A program made the translations under genes and the position numbers. A model generated the notes under the pieces. It searched no databases. It was given only the letters and a program-made list of their open reading frames with translations, and was not told the origin of the DNA. Positions 48,945-60,072 of a stretch of DNA of 64,000 nt are shown here, one piece after another. Every line of letters starts with the position of its first letter. The first letter of the stretch is position 1. This DNA comes from Erythrobacter sp. GTDB lineage: Bacteria > Pseudomonadota > Alphaproteobacteria > Sphingomonadales > Sphingomonadaceae. Where the stretch lies: NCBI GenBank assembly GCA_009993605.1, contig JAACTB010000007.1:771333-835332 (forward strand), written 5' to 3'.

Positions 48945-50368
48945 CAGTCCTTCAACACCCACGTATCCTTGGTTCCGCCGCCCTGGCTGGAATTGACCAC
49001 CAGCGAACCTTTCTTGAGCGCGACCCGCGTCAGCCCGCCCGGCGTGATATCGACATTGTCAGGCGAGACGAGCACGAAGGGCCGCAGATCGACATGGCGC
49101 GGGGCGAGACCCTGTTTGGTGTAGATCGGGCAGGTCGACAGCGACAGGGTCGGCTGGGCGATGTAATTTTCGGGCCGCGCCTTCAGCTTGTCGCGGAATT
49201 CGGCGATCTCGCGCTTCGATGCGGTCGGGCCGATCAGCATGCCGTAGCCGCCCGATCCGTGCACTTCCTTGACCACCAGCTCCGACAGATTGTCGAGCAC
49301 GTATTTGAGACTGTCCTCTTCGGCACAGCGCCATGTCTCGACATTGGGAAGCAGCGGCTTCTCGCCGGTGTAGAATTCCACGATCTCGGGCATGAAGCTG
49401 TAGATCGCCTTGTCGTCGCACACGCCGGTTCCGGGTGCGTTGGCGATCGTGACCCGGCCCGCGCGATAGACGTCCATGATACCCGGCACGCCCAGAACGC
49501 TGTCGGGATTGAAGGTCAGCGGATCGAGGTATTCGTCATCGACCCGGCGATAGATCACGTCGACCGGCTTGTAGCCTCCCGTGGTGCGCATCTGCACACG
49601 CCCGCCGACGACGCGCAGATCGCTGCCCTCGACCAGCTCCGCGCCCATCTGGTCGGCCAGGAAGGCGTGTTCGAAATAGGCTGAATTGTAGATGCCCGGC
49701 GTGAGCACGGCGATCACCGGCTTGCCTTCGGTGCAATCGGGCGCACAAGCCGCCAGGCTGCGCGCGAGGCGGCGCGGATAGTTCGAGACCGCTTCGACCG
49801 GAACGCGCATGAACAGTTCCGGGAACATCGCCATCATCGTCTCGCGGTTCTCCAGCATGTAGGAGACGCCGCTGGGCGTGCGCGCATTGTCTTCCAGGAC
49901 GAAAAACTCGTCCGGCCCGGTGCGGACCAGATCGATACCGACGATGTGGGTGTAGACTCCACCCGGCGGCGTGAAGCCGACCATGTTGGGCAGCCAGGCG
50001 GCGTTGTTGCGGAACAGGCGTTCGGGCACGCGGCCGGCGCGGATGATCTCCTGCCGGTGGTAGAGATCGTGCATGAAGGCGTTGAGCGCCGAGACGCGCT
50101 GTTCGATCCCGCGCGTCAACCGCCGCCATTCGCCCGCATCGATGATGCGCGGCACCATGTCGAAGGGGATCAGCCGTTCCTCGGCCTCGTCCTCGCCATA
50201 AACGTTGAAGGTGATACCCGTGCGCCGGAAGGCCTGCTCGGCGTCGCGATGCTTACGCTTGAGAAACGCGCTGTCCTGATCCGCGAACCATTCCTGATAC
50301 CCGCTATACGCGTGGCGCACATTGCCGTCGGCATCGTGCATTTCGTCGAATTGGTCGCTAGCGGCCAT
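48944..50368 (-). CDS. Circularly permuted type-2 ATP-grasp (glutathione synthase-like) ligase
   Basis: GITF.VY, ERLIPFD..PR, VLEDNARTPSGVSY, YRRVDD, ANAPG.G..DDK, GSGGYGM, VNSSQGGG.KDTW. Confidence 0.93.
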   Translation of the reverse strand: MAASDQFDEMHDADGNVRHAYSGYQEWFADQDSAFLKRKHRDAEQAFRRTGITFNVYGEDEAEERLIPFDMVPRIIDAGEWRRLTRGIEQRVSALNAFMHDLYHRQEIIRAGRVPERLFRNNAAWLPNMVGFTPPGGVYTHIVGIDLVRTGPDEFFVLEDNARTPSGVSYMLENRETMMAMFPELFMRVPVEAVSNYPRRLARSLAACAPDCTEGKPVIAVLTPGIYNSAYFEHAFLADQMGAELVEGSDLRVVGGRVQMRTTGGYKPVDVIYRRVDDEYLDPLTFNPDSVLGVPGIMDVYRAGRVTIANAPGTGVCDDKAIYSFMPEIVEFYTGEKPLLPNVETWRCAEEDSLKYVLDNLSELVVKEVHGSGGYGMLIGPTASKREIAEFRDKLKARPENYIAQPTLSLSTCPIYTKQGLAPRHVDLRPFVLVSPDNVDITPGGLTRVALKKGSLVVNSSQGGGTKDTWVLKD

Positions 50369-50450
50369 GGTCCCCCGATTGTGATTGCCCCATCCCCGGC
50401 GGGGCGGATCGTTCTGGTGCGGTGCAGCACCGCCATACCTTAACAAAGGA

Positions 50451-51236
50451 TCAGACGCGGTCCAGTTCCCTCAACACGGTTTCGATCGCTTCGGGCGTGT
50501 TGACGAATCCCATATGCGTGCAGCGCAGGCAAATTGTCCGATCGCGCTCTCCCGGGCGGCCACAGGCGCTGCGCGGGCTGACCACGCCGTCGCGCGGGCT
50601 CCACAGGGCGATGGTCTCGACCGGAGGCTTTTCGGATGGGGTCGCGTCGAATTCGGGCTCGTCCACGCGGTGCCCCGCGATCGCCTGATAGGCGCGCCAG
50701 CCATTATTGGCGCGCGGGCTGCCGGAAAAGGGCGATCCCATGGTGATGATCTTGGCGACCTTGTCGGGATGCAGTTTGGCGATCTCGCGCGCCATCACGC
50801 CGCCGAGGCTCCATCCGACGAGGACGACCGGCTCGCCCGTCCGTTCGAACAGGTCGATCAATCGGCGCTCGACCTTGCGGAACCGATCCTCGGTCGCGCC
50901 GAAATTGTAACCGACGCCCCACCGCTTGGCCGTGTGGCCCGCCTTTTCCAGCTGCCGCGCCATATAGCGCATACGGATCGGGTGCGCGCCAAACCCGGGC
51001 AGGAGCATGACGGTGCGCTTGTGCCTCGCCTCGGCGATGTCCAGCGTCGGGCGGAACAGGCGCTTCACCGGCTCCGCCACCCAGCCCAATTCGCCGAGCA
51101 GCAGCTTGGCGCGCGGGGCCGATACCTCTTCCGCGCACGGTTCGCTCGCCAGCGCCCACCGCCGCGCCAGCTCGGCTTTGTGCTGGAGAGCGGTTTCGCG
51201 CAGCGCGATGTCTTTGAACGGTAACGTTGCCATCAT
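50451..51236 (-). CDS. Alpha/beta-fold hydrolase (lipase/esterase-like)
   Basis: LLPGFG oxyanion, GWSLGG nucleophile elbow, DGVV, H at CTHMG; real coding part of the 1053-aa track ORF. Confidence 0.85.
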   Translation of the reverse strand: MMATLPFKDIALRETALQHKAELARRWALASEPCAEEVSAPRAKLLLGELGWVAEPVKRLFRPTLDIAEARHKRTVMLLPGFGAHPIRMRYMARQLEKAGHTAKRWGVGYNFGATEDRFRKVERRLIDLFERTGEPVVLVGWSLGGVMAREIAKLHPDKVAKIITMGSPFSGSPRANNGWRAYQAIAGHRVDEPEFDATPSEKPPVETIALWSPRDGVVSPRSACGRPGERDRTICLRCTHMGFVNTPEAIETVLRELDRV

Positions 51237-51383
51237 GGCTTCATAACGCGCAGATCCGCCGAACCGATCCCGAAACGCGCGCGATCTTTCGGGCGTCATA
51301 AAACCGTAACATCCCCTCACCCGCGCCCGACCAATTGCCGTCGCCCGTTGCCTCGGGCAGAAGCGTTCCCCATATGTGCGCCC

Positions 51384-53579
51384 ATGGCTGAACTCGTAAT
51401 CCGCAGGGGGCTGGAAGAGCCCGACACAACCGGGCAGTTCGTGCCCCACAAGCCCAGCCGCCCGGAGAAATCCATGGGCGGCAGGCGCTTCGAACTGGTC
51501 AGCGACTACACTCCTGCGGGCGATCAGCCGACCGCCATCGCCGAGCTGACCGAAAGCGCGCGTGAGGGCGAACAGACGCAGGTGTTGCTGGGCGTGACCG
51601 GAAGCGGCAAGACCTTCACCATGGCTAAGGTGATCGAGGAATTGCAGCGCCCCGCCCTGATCCTGGCGCCCAACAAGATCCTCGCCGCGCAGCTCTACGG
51701 GGAGTTCAAGAGCTTCTTCCCCAACAACGCGGTCGAATATTTCGTCAGCTATTACGACTATTATCAGCCCGAAGCCTACGTCCCCCGCTCGGATACATAC
51801 ATCGAGAAGGAAAGCTCGGTGAACGAGGCGATCGACCGGATGCGCCATTCGGCCACCCGCGCGCTTCTGGAGCGCGACGACGTGATCATCGTCGCTTCGG
51901 TTTCGTGCCTTTACGGGATCGGGTCGGTCGAGACCTATTCGGCGATGATCTTCGACATCGAGAAAGACGAGACCGTCGATCAGCGCGAACTGATCCGCAA
52001 GCTTGTCGCACTCCAGTACAAACGCAACGATGCGGGTTTCGCGCGCGGCAATTTCCGCGTGCGCGGCGACAATCTCGAACTCTTCCCCAGCCACTTGGAA
52101 GACACGGCCTGGCGGATCAGCTTCTTCGGCGACGATATCGAGGAGATAGCCGAGTTCGATCCGCTGACGGGCAAGAAGGGCCAGATCCTCGACAAGGTGC
52201 GCGTCTATGCGAACTCGCACTACGTCACGCCTGGCCCGACGATGAAACAGGCCAGCGCCGCGATCAAATTCGAGCTGGAAGAGCGGCTTAAGGAGTTGAA
52301 CGAGGAAGGCCGCCTTCTGGAAGCGCAGCGTTTGGAACAGCGCACCAATTTCGACCTCGAAATGATCGCGGCCACCGGCAGTTGCGCGGGGATCGAGAAT
52401 TATTCGCGCTTCCTGACTGGCCGCCTTCCCGGCGAACCGCCGCCCACCCTGTTCGAATATTTGCCCGAAAACGCGCTGCTTTTCGTCGACGAGAGCCACC
52501 AGACCGTGCCGCAGGTCGGCGCGATGGCGCGCGGCGACCATCGCCGCAAGATTACGCTCGCCGAATACGGCTTCCGCCTGCCGAGCTGTATCGACAACCG
52601 GCCGCTGCGTTTCAACGAATGGGACGCGATGCGCCCGCAGACCTTCTGCGTATCCGCCACACCCGGCGGCTGGGAGATGGAGCAGACTGGCGGCGTCTTC
52701 GCCGAACAGGTCATCCGACCCACCGGCCTGATAGACCCGCCGGTCAACATCCGCCCCGTTGAAGATCAGGTGCAGGACTGCATCGAGGAGTGCAAGAAGA
52801 CCGCCGCCAAGGGTTATCGCACGCTGGTGACCACGCTCACCAAACGCATGGCCGAAGACCTGACCGAGTTCATGCACGAGGCGGGCGTCAGGGTCCGCTA
52901 CATGCACTCCGACGTCGAGACGCTGGAACGCATCGAGCTGATCCGCGACTTGCGGCTCGGGATCTACGACGTCCTCGTCGGCATCAACCTCCTGCGCGAA
53001 GGGCTCGACATTCCCGAATGCGGCCTTGTCTGCATTCTCGATGCGGACAAGGAAGGCTTCCTGCGCTCCGAAACCTCGCTGATCCAGACGATAGGCCGCG
53101 CCGCCCGTAACGTCGATGGGCACGTGATCCTCTATGCCGATCGCATCACCGGATCGATGGAACGCGCGATGGCGGAAACGGGCCGCCGCCGCGAGAAGCA
53201 GCGCGAATACAATGAAGAACACGGGATCACCCCGCAGACGATCAAGCGCCAGATCGCCGACATCGTGGCGCACGCCGCGGCGGGCGACGGGGTCACCGTC
53301 GACACCGGGGACGACGAGCGCAACAATCTCGTCGGACACAATCTGCGCGCCTATATCGAGGATTTGGAAAAGCGGATGCGCAACGCCGCCGCCGATCTCG
53401 AATTCGAAGAGGCCGGGCGTCTGCGCGACGAAATCCGTCGCCTCGAAAACGACGAACTCGGCCTCGGCGACAGCGAGAAGAAGGCCCCGCTGGTCGGGCG
53501 CAGCAACGAAGGCAAGCCGGGCACGCGCAAGACGCGCTATGGCAAGACGCGCTACAAGAAGATGGGTGGGAAACCGTAA
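51384..53579 (+). CDS. uvrB: Excinuclease ABC subunit B
   Basis: [60 protein letters not shown] domain. Confidence 0.98.
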   Translation: MAELVIRRGLEEPDTTGQFVPHKPSRPEKSMGGRRFELVSDYTPAGDQPTAIAELTESAREGEQTQVLLGVTGSGKTFTMAKVIEELQRPALILAPNKILAAQLYGEFKSFFPNNAVEYFVSYYDYYQPEAYVPRSDTYIEKESSVNEAIDRMRHSATRALLERDDVIIVASVSCLYGIGSVETYSAMIFDIEKDETVDQRELIRKLVALQYKRNDAGFARGNFRVRGDNLELFPSHLEDTAWRISFFGDDIEEIAEFDPLTGKKGQILDKVRVYANSHYVTPGPTMKQASAAIKFELEERLKELNEEGRLLEAQRLEQRTNFDLEMIAATGSCAGIENYSRFLTGRLPGEPPPTLFEYLPENALLFVDESHQTVPQVGAMARGDHRRKITLAEYGFRLPSCIDNRPLRFNEWDAMRPQTFCVSATPGGWEMEQTGGVFAEQVIRPTGLIDPPVNIRPVEDQVQDCIEECKKTAAKGYRTLVTTLTKRMAEDLTEFMHEAGVRVRYMHSDVETLERIELIRDLRLGIYDVLVGINLLREGLDIPECGLVCILDADKEGFLRSETSLIQTIGRAARNVDGHVILYADRITGSMERAMAETGRRREKQREYNEEHGITPQTIKRQIADIVAHAAAGDGVTVDTGDDERNNLVGHNLRAYIEDLEKRMRNAAADLEFEEAGRLRDEIRRLENDELGLGDSEKKAPLVGRSNEGKPGTRKTRYGKTRYKKMGGKP

Positions 53580-53621
53580 CGGCGCATTTACCGGCACGGC
53601 CCGCGCTGTCATAGCGGCCCC

Positions 53622-55121
53622 ATGGTAGTTCGCACTGCACTGGCCGCTGTTCTTCTTGCCGCCGCACCGTCCGCGCTGATCGCGCAGGAAAAACCCGCCA
53701 CCGATACCGCCGCGCCGGCCGATATCGTCCCGCAGGTCAAAAGCCGCGACCTGAGCGGCACGTTCGGCGGGCAGCGCGTGGTCTATACCGCCACGGTCAA
53801 GGAGAACGTCCTGTTCTCCGACGACGGGACCAAGCCCGAGGCGGTGATCGTCACCACCAGCTATGTCGCCAATCCGCGCGACACCTCACGGCCCGTCTTC
53901 TTCCTGTTCAATGGCGGGCCGGGATCGGGTTCGGTCTGGTTGCAGATGGGCGCTTTCGGACCCAAGCGGGTCGCGATCCCCGGCGATGCGCGCGACGATG
54001 GCGCGCCGCCCTATCCCATCCTCGATAATCCCGACAGCCTGCTCGACGTCGCGGACCTCGTCTTCATCGATCCGCCGGGCACCGGCTTCAGCTATCTGAC
54101 CAAAGGGACCGATCCAAAGAAATATTACGGCCTCACACAGGATGCGCGCGCCGTGGCGGACGTGATCCGGTTGTGGCTGAACGAGAACGGGCGGTGGAAC
54201 AGCCCCAAATATCTCGGCGGGGAAAGCTACGGCACCACCCGCACCGCCACCGTGGTCAACGAGCTGGAGGCGGGCACGTTCAACGATGTCGGCCTCAACG
54301 GGCTGGTGCTGATCTCCACCATCCTCGATTTCGCCGGGCGCGAGCCGACGCCGGGGAACGAGATGGCCTATATCGTGACGCTGCCCAACATGGCGGCGGC
54401 GGCCTATTATCACGGCAAGGTTCAGGCCCCTTCGGTCGAAGCGATCGTCGAAGAGGCGCGGCAATTCGCCATCGGGCCTTATGCCTCCGCGCTGTTGAAA
54501 GGGCAGGACCTGCCCGCCGCCGAGCGCGCCTCCGTCCGCGCGGAGCTGTCGCGGCTGACCGGCCTGTCCGAGACCTATCTCGACCAGGCCGAATTGCGCG
54601 TTACCGATCAGCGGTTCTACAAGGAATTGCTGCGCGATCGCGGGCTCACGATCGGGCGGCTGGATTCTCGCTATACGGGCCGCGATTACGATGCGGCGGG
54701 CGAGACGCCCGATAACGATCCCAGCTTCTACGGCATCGATGCAGGCTATACCGCCGCGATCAACAGCTGGCTGCGCGAGACGCTGGGCTTCGAGACGCGC
54801 CGCGAATACCAGTCGATCGGGTTCGAGCCGGGCCGCAATTGGGACTGGACGCTCGGCCAGGGTCGCGGCGCCTATCTCAACGTCGCGCCCTATATCAGCC
54901 AGGCGATGCGCGAGAATTCGGGCCTCAGGACCTTCGTCGCGCAGGGCTATTACGATTTCGCCACGCCCTTCTTCGGGGCCGAATATTCGCTCAACCGCGT
55001 GGGTATCCCGCAGGACCGGGTCCAGTTCCATTATTACGACGCGGGTCACATGATGTATGTGCGGGACGAGGACCGGGCGAAGCTGTCGCGCGATCTGCGC
55101 GCCTTCATCCGCGCGCGCTAG
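53622..55121 (+). CDS. Secreted serine carboxypeptidase (S10 family)
   Basis: Signal peptide, FNGGPGSGS, FIDPPGTG.S, GESYG nucleophile, D.ATPF, GHM.Y. Confidence 0.9.
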   Translation: MVVRTALAAVLLAAAPSALIAQEKPATDTAAPADIVPQVKSRDLSGTFGGQRVVYTATVKENVLFSDDGTKPEAVIVTTSYVANPRDTSRPVFFLFNGGPGSGSVWLQMGAFGPKRVAIPGDARDDGAPPYPILDNPDSLLDVADLVFIDPPGTGFSYLTKGTDPKKYYGLTQDARAVADVIRLWLNENGRWNSPKYLGGESYGTTRTATVVNELEAGTFNDVGLNGLVLISTILDFAGREPTPGNEMAYIVTLPNMAAAAYYHGKVQAPSVEAIVEEARQFAIGPYASALLKGQDLPAAERASVRAELSRLTGLSETYLDQAELRVTDQRFYKELLRDRGLTIGRLDSRYTGRDYDAAGETPDNDPSFYGIDAGYTAAINSWLRETLGFETRREYQSIGFEPGRNWDWTLGQGRGAYLNVAPYISQAMRENSGLRTFVAQGYYDFATPFFGAEYSLNRVGIPQDRVQFHYYDAGHMMYVRDEDRAKLSRDLRAFIRAR

Positions 55122-55189
55122 GGCGCACGGGTCCGGCACCGGAATGGCAGGCTTGCATGACAAGAACGATCAAGCCTAGCGCGGGCGCG

Positions 55190-55762
55190 ATGCGTCACTT
55201 GCTTCCTTTCCTGCCGCTGCTTGCGCTCGCCGCGTGCAAGCCGCCCGCCTCGGACGATTATGTCGCCCGCGTCCCGATCGAGGAGCGCGCCGCCCCTTCG
55301 GAGCCGATCCTTTCGCCCGACACCGAAGGCGCCGCTTGGGTCTTGGGCCAACCGCGCGAGGGCGCGGTGGAGCGCATCATCTACGGCACGCCCGGTCAGC
55401 GCCCGCTGATGGCGCTGTCCTGCCTCGATTCCGGTGAGGAGGTGCGCATCGGATACGAACGGCTGGTCCGCGCCGATCCCCGCGCACAGGCGATCCTGGC
55501 GCTCATCGGCAATTCGCACGTCACGCGCCTGTTTGTGAACGCTGTGAAGACCGGCGATGCCTGGACATGGCGCGGCGCGGTTCCGGCGGACGAGCCGGGG
55601 CTGGATGCGCTGACCGGCGGACGCTCGGTCGAGGCGACGGTGCCCGGCGCGGGATCGGTAATCCTGAATGCCAGCCCGCTGCCGGGCGAACTCATCGATC
55701 GCTGCCGGGAACGCCAGCGGGCTGAGGAGCGCGCGCGAGATCGGGAAGAGTCTCCGGCGTGA
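55190..55762 (+). CDS. Hypothetical lipoprotein
   Basis: MRHLLPFLPLLALAAC lipobox; 3' end overlaps the dsbD-family gene. Confidence 0.65.
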   Translation: MRHLLPFLPLLALAACKPPASDDYVARVPIEERAAPSEPILSPDTEGAAWVLGQPREGAVERIIYGTPGQRPLMALSCLDSGEEVRIGYERLVRADPRAQAILALIGNSHVTRLFVNAVKTGDAWTWRGAVPADEPGLDALTGGRSVEATVPGAGSVILNASPLPGELIDRCRERQRAEERARDREESPA

Positions 55763-57773
55763 GCACCTGCGGCAATTGCCGCGCCTCGCCCCCCGGCGGA
55801 TACCAAAGATAGAGCGGAACCCCCGCCGCGCCCTGATCGGCAAGGAAGCTGGCGATCGCCTCGTCACGCCGGGTCCAGTCGCCGCGCAGGCTTACGACAC
55901 CAGCCTCGTCGAAGGCCGCGCGCGTCGCCTCGCGTTCTATCGCGACGCTTTCATTGACCTTGCAGGTCACGCACCAATCGGCGGTGAACCAGACGAAGAC
56001 CGGGCGGCCCGAAGCGCGCGCTTCCGCCAATGCTGCTTGCGAGAAGGGTTCGGGATCGAGCAGGCTTTCGGTAGCTGACGCTTCGCGCGCAATCGGTTGC
56101 GCCGCGCTCCACCACCCAAGCACCAGAGCGGCAACCAGCGCGGCCCAGCCGAGCCTGCTCCTGCGCCCTAGGAGGACGATGGCCCCCACCACGACCAGAC
56201 CCGCGACCAGCACTGCGAGCGCGAGGAACGACCATCCGCCGAGCCGCCAGACCAGCCATGCGAGCGCCGCCACGGTCAGGCCCATCGGAAGCGCCATCCA
56301 TCTGCGGAACCGTTCCAGCCACGGTCCGGGGCGCGGCAGGCGCCGCCTGATCGCAGGCACGAACCCGATGACAAGGAACGGCAAGGCAAGGCCGAATCCC
56401 AGCGCGGCGAAGATCGCCATCCCTTCCATGGGCGCGAGCACGAGCGCCGCACCCAGCGCCAACGCCATGAACGGCCCGGTGCACGGCGTCGCGACGAAGG
56501 CCGCGAGCAGGCCGGTGGCGAAGGAGCCGCCGGTGCTCGAACCCCGGCCGGAAATCGCGAAACCGGGGAGTTCGAACAGCCCGCTGAAATTGGCCGTGAT
56601 TGCTGCGGTCAGCGCGAACAGGGCCAGCACTACGCCCGGTTCCTGCAACTGGAATGCCCAGCCGACCTGCTGGCCTCCTGCGCGCAGGACCATGACCAGT
56701 GCGCCCAATCCCGCACAGGCGAGCACCACACCTGCCGTATAAGCCAGCGCATCGCGCCGTGCCGCCGTCTCGTCACCACCCGCTCTGGCGAGGGCGAGCG
56801 CCTTGAGGCTCAGGATCGGGAACACGCAGGGCATGATGTTGAGGATGAGCCCACCTGCGAAAGATGCCAACAGCAACAGCCAGAGCGACGGCAGGGCCGC
56901 AGCGTCGGAGGTAAGAGGCCGCGCGCCGTCGAGCGGGATCGCCTGCGGTGTGGCCTCGAACCGCAGGCCCTGGCCGTCGCCGAACCCGATAATGCCGGAG
57001 AGATTGGCAATCCCTCCTTCGCCTGGTCCGGCCCCAGCCAACGGAATTTCCGCAACCAGCAGGTTGCCTTTGCGCAGAAAGCGCTGCGAAGCCGCGTAAT
57101 CGACGCGCGCTCCGCCGCCCAGATCGTCCTCCCGCACGAAAACATGCGGATCGCCGAGAGCGAGGTCGGCGGGAAGCGGGATCGCGATCCGCAGGGTTTC
57201 GCCGACGAGCTCGAACCCGCCTTCGCGATCGAGGAGAGGCGCGACCTCTGCCCGCCACCGTGCGAAATCGCCGCCTTGCCTGGCCTCGAGCCGCGCATCC
57301 TGCGGCACGCAAATCCGATCCGTGCAGGCGAGATAGCTGACGAACCCGGTCAGCGGAGCGCGCGCCAGCGCGTCGGCATCCGCCCCTACCCGTACCTGCA
57401 CCAGCACAGTATAATCGCCTTCGTAGATATGGTTCATCAGCCCCGCGATCACCAATCGCTTGGGCACGGGATAAATCGGCTCACCCATCGTCCAGCCGTC
57501 CGGCAGGTCGAGTGTCAGGTCCATGCCCTGCCCCGCATCGCCCGGATTGGCGTAATAGCCGTGCCATTCGGGCGCGCTGGGCCGGAAGCGCAAAGCGAGC
57601 ATCCATTCCTCGCCCGCCTGCGGCGCGCCGTCAACGAAGAGCGACACCGCCATGTTCTCGTCGCCGAAGCGCGGTTCCTGGGCGCGCAGGCCTGGCGCGG
57701 CCAGCACCGACAGCGCCATCAGCAGCAGCGCCAGCGCGGCGCGGAATTCCCGCAATATCCTTGCCTCGATCAC
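55692..57773 (-). CDS. DsbD-family thiol:disulfide interchange protein
   Basis: WHGY..NPGDAG N-domain with C..C (ACTDRIC); TM block LNIMPCVFPILSLK and ATPCTGPF; thioredoxin FTADWCVTCK. Confidence 0.9.
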   Translation of the reverse strand: MIEARILREFRAALALLLMALSVLAAPGLRAQEPRFGDENMAVSLFVDGAPQAGEEWMLALRFRPSAPEWHGYYANPGDAGQGMDLTLDLPDGWTMGEPIYPVPKRLVIAGLMNHIYEGDYTVLVQVRVGADADALARAPLTGFVSYLACTDRICVPQDARLEARQGGDFARWRAEVAPLLDREGGFELVGETLRIAIPLPADLALGDPHVFVREDDLGGGARVDYAASQRFLRKGNLLVAEIPLAGAGPGEGGIANLSGIIGFGDGQGLRFEATPQAIPLDGARPLTSDAAALPSLWLLLLASFAGGLILNIMPCVFPILSLKALALARAGGDETAARRDALAYTAGVVLACAGLGALVMVLRAGGQQVGWAFQLQEPGVVLALFALTAAITANFSGLFELPGFAISGRGSSTGGSFATGLLAAFVATPCTGPFMALALGAALVLAPMEGMAIFAALGFGLALPFLVIGFVPAIRRRLPRPGPWLERFRRWMALPMGLTVAALAWLVWRLGGWSFLALAVLVAGLVVVGAIVLLGRRSRLGWAALVAALVLGWWSAAQPIAREASATESLLDPEPFSQAALAEARASGRPVFVWFTADWCVTCKVNESVAIEREATRAAFDEAGVVSLRGDWTRRDEAIASFLADQGAAGVPLYLWYPPGGEARQLPQVLTPETLPDLARAPQPAGVPGSDR

Positions 57774-57828
57774 GCAGCAGCCTCTACTGCCGAGAGGTCC
57801 GCCGCGCAACGAGCTAGGGAGCCCCGAT

Positions 57829-59049
57829 ATGGCCGAGAACGATACGAAAGACCTGCTCATCATCGGTGGCGGGCTGGTCGGCATGACGCTGGCGCTGGCG
57901 GCGGCGAAGAAGGGGATGACCAGCCATGTGGTCGACCGCGCCGATCCGGCGGATTTGACCGCGGAGGGCTTCGACGGGCGCGCCTCCGCTATCTCGACCG
58001 CGAGCTGGCGCCTGTTCCGCCATATCGGTCTGGGCGAGGCGCTCGAACCGTTCGGCTGCCCGATCGAATCGATCGCGGTGACCGACCAGATGAAGCCGGG
58101 CCGGATCGATTTCACGCCCGAACCGCACGAGGGATCGCTGGGGCGCATGTTCGCCAATCGCCAGCTGCGTCTCGCTCTCTTCGAAGCCGCCCGGGCCGAA
58201 CCCATGATTGCATGGCACGAACGAGCGGAGATTAAGTCGCGCGAGCGCGGCGAACATGGCGTCTCGGTCACGCTCGCGGATGGCAAGGTATTACGCGCCG
58301 TACTAATGGTCGGCGCGGAGGGGCGCGGATCGCCCACGCGGGAGGATGCGGGCATTGCCATCGCCCAATGGCAATACGATCACCGCGCGATCGTTTCAGG
58401 GCTTACCCACGAAAAGCCGCATGACGGCGTGGCGTGGGAAATCTTTTATCCCGCCGGGCCCTTTGCCCTGTTGCCGATGCGCGACGCAGAGGACGGATCG
58501 CATCGCAGCGCCTTGGTCTGGACGGTGGACGAGAAGTATGCGGCAGGCACGCTGAAACTGGGCGATCGCGCGTTCCTGGCCGAGGTCGAAGCGCGGATGC
58601 ACAATATTCTGGGCCGGATCACTGCCGCCGGCCCCCGCTCCAGCTTTCCGCTCGGCTTCCATCACACGGCCACAATCACCGACCAGCGGCTCGCACTGAT
58701 AGGGGATGCCGCGCACGGTATCCATCCGATCGCGGGCCAGGGCCTCAATCTCGGCCTGCGCGATGTCGGCGCTCTGGTGGAAGTGCTTGAAGAGGCGCTG
58801 CGTCTGGGTCTCGATCTCGGCGATGCGCAGATCTTGGCGCGCTACGAACGCTGGCGCGGGCTCGACAGCTTCATGGTGGCGCTGGCGACCGACGGGTTGA
58901 CGCGCCTGTTCGGCGTGCCGGGCAAAACCGCCTCGGCGGTTCGCAGGCTGGGCATGGGCGGCGTCCAGCGCATCGGCCCCTTGAAGGACTGGTTCATGGA
59001 CGAAGCGCGCGGGATTACGGGCGACCTGCCGGACTTGCTGCGCGCCTGA
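57829..59049 (+). CDS. UbiH/UbiF/Coq6-family FAD-dependent hydroxylase
   Basis: GGGLVG Rossmann motif, DGRASA, GAEG..S..R, GDAAH.IHP.AGQG.NLG.RD. Confidence 0.9.
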   Translation: MAENDTKDLLIIGGGLVGMTLALAAAKKGMTSHVVDRADPADLTAEGFDGRASAISTASWRLFRHIGLGEALEPFGCPIESIAVTDQMKPGRIDFTPEPHEGSLGRMFANRQLRLALFEAARAEPMIAWHERAEIKSRERGEHGVSVTLADGKVLRAVLMVGAEGRGSPTREDAGIAIAQWQYDHRAIVSGLTHEKPHDGVAWEIFYPAGPFALLPMRDAEDGSHRSALVWTVDEKYAAGTLKLGDRAFLAEVEARMHNILGRITAAGPRSSFPLGFHHTATITDQRLALIGDAAHGIHPIAGQGLNLGLRDVGALVEVLEEALRLGLDLGDAQILARYERWRGLDSFMVALATDGLTRLFGVPGKTASAVRRLGMGGVQRIGPLKDWFMDEARGITGDLPDLLRA

Positions 59050-59064
59050 TTTTTTAGGCCGCGC

Positions 59065-60003
59065 TCAGACTTCGGGCGCGCCCTGCACGGGGCTTGCCTG
59101 CTCGATCCGGTTGCCCGCCCCGTCGCGCAGGCGGCGCGGTTCGAGGACGGCGGCGGTCTCGATCAGGTCGAGCGCGCGCTGGGTCGCCGCATAGCGTTCG
59201 GCGCGCGCGATCCACTGCGTCGCATTGTCCGCGCCGGGCAGGTTGCGCACTTCCGCGATCGCTGCTTCGGTGCGCCCGCTTTCGAGGAACATGCGCGCCC
59301 GATCGAGCCGCCGCTGCGGCTGGGGCGACGGCGTGCTTTCGCGCCGCACGACGAAAAGCTGCGACAATTCGCTGCGCACGAGGTCCCAGCTAAAACGCTT
59401 GTCGGGCTCCGCGAGACTGGGTGCCAAACCATCGAGCCGCGCGGTCAGCATATCGAGCGTGATCGGATCGCGCGAACTGTCGATGATGGTGCGCACCGCA
59501 TTGGGCATGGCATCGCCGAACCGCAGGCGTAATTGATCGGCGAGGAAGCCTAGTTCCGCCCCCTTCTCGATCGCGCGCCGCGTGGCGAAGGCGATCAGCA
59601 GGCCTTCAGCACGCGCCGTGTTGCCCGCAGTCGCCTGCGCCTGCAAATCGAGCCGCGCGAGCCGCTGTTCGGCGGCGGCGAGGCGCTGGTCGATCCCGCC
59701 CTGCTGGTCCACCACCCGCTCCACCGCGGCGGCTTGGCGCGCGGCGTTGGTGGCGCTGGCACGCGGCGTCGGTGTCGGCGAAGCGGTTGCGAGGTCCGCC
59801 GGTTGCGCTTCGCCGGAGAGCAGCACGTTATCCCGCCGCTCGCCATCGCTCGCCGCCTCGCCCTGCGCGTCGAGATAGCGGTAGGTCCCGTAACCGATCA
59901 CCGCCCCGCCCAGCAGAAACGATGCCGTCAGCGCAATCAGCACCGGGCGATAGGAGGTGCGCGCGCGTTTGGTGCTCGCAATAGAATTGGTGGTGTCGTT
60001 CAT
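59065..60003 (-). CDS. Mitofilin/Mic60-like (COG4223-type) membrane-anchored coiled-coil protein
   Basis: One N-terminal TM, coiled coil, C-terminal F.VRRE.....A...L..G....A..EV mitofilin-like pattern; immediately downstream of hemD. Confidence 0.6.
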   Translation of the reverse strand: MNDTTNSIASTKRARTSYRPVLIALTASFLLGGAVIGYGTYRYLDAQGEAASDGERRDNVLLSGEAQPADLATASPTPTPRASATNAARQAAAVERVVDQQGGIDQRLAAAEQRLARLDLQAQATAGNTARAEGLLIAFATRRAIEKGAELGFLADQLRLRFGDAMPNAVRTIIDSSRDPITLDMLTARLDGLAPSLAEPDKRFSWDLVRSELSQLFVVRRESTPSPQPQRRLDRARMFLESGRTEAAIAEVRNLPGADNATQWIARAERYAATQRALDLIETAAVLEPRRLRDGAGNRIEQASPVQGAPEV

Positions 60004-60072
60004 TCAGGTCCGTTTGCGATCCCGCGCTGTTGTCCCTTCAAGGCCCCCTGACCGAGATGCATCGGCCCGCCT

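Noticed and set aside
51261-51275. GAAC-N7-GAAA, a near alphaproteobacterial LexA box upstream of uvrB
   Set aside because: One mismatch in an 8-bp signature, about 110 nt from the start; not distinguishable from chance by eye
51237-53612. 5' part of the 1053-aa minus ORF
   Set aside because: Antisense shadow of uvrB; only the last about 260 aa carry hydrolase motifs
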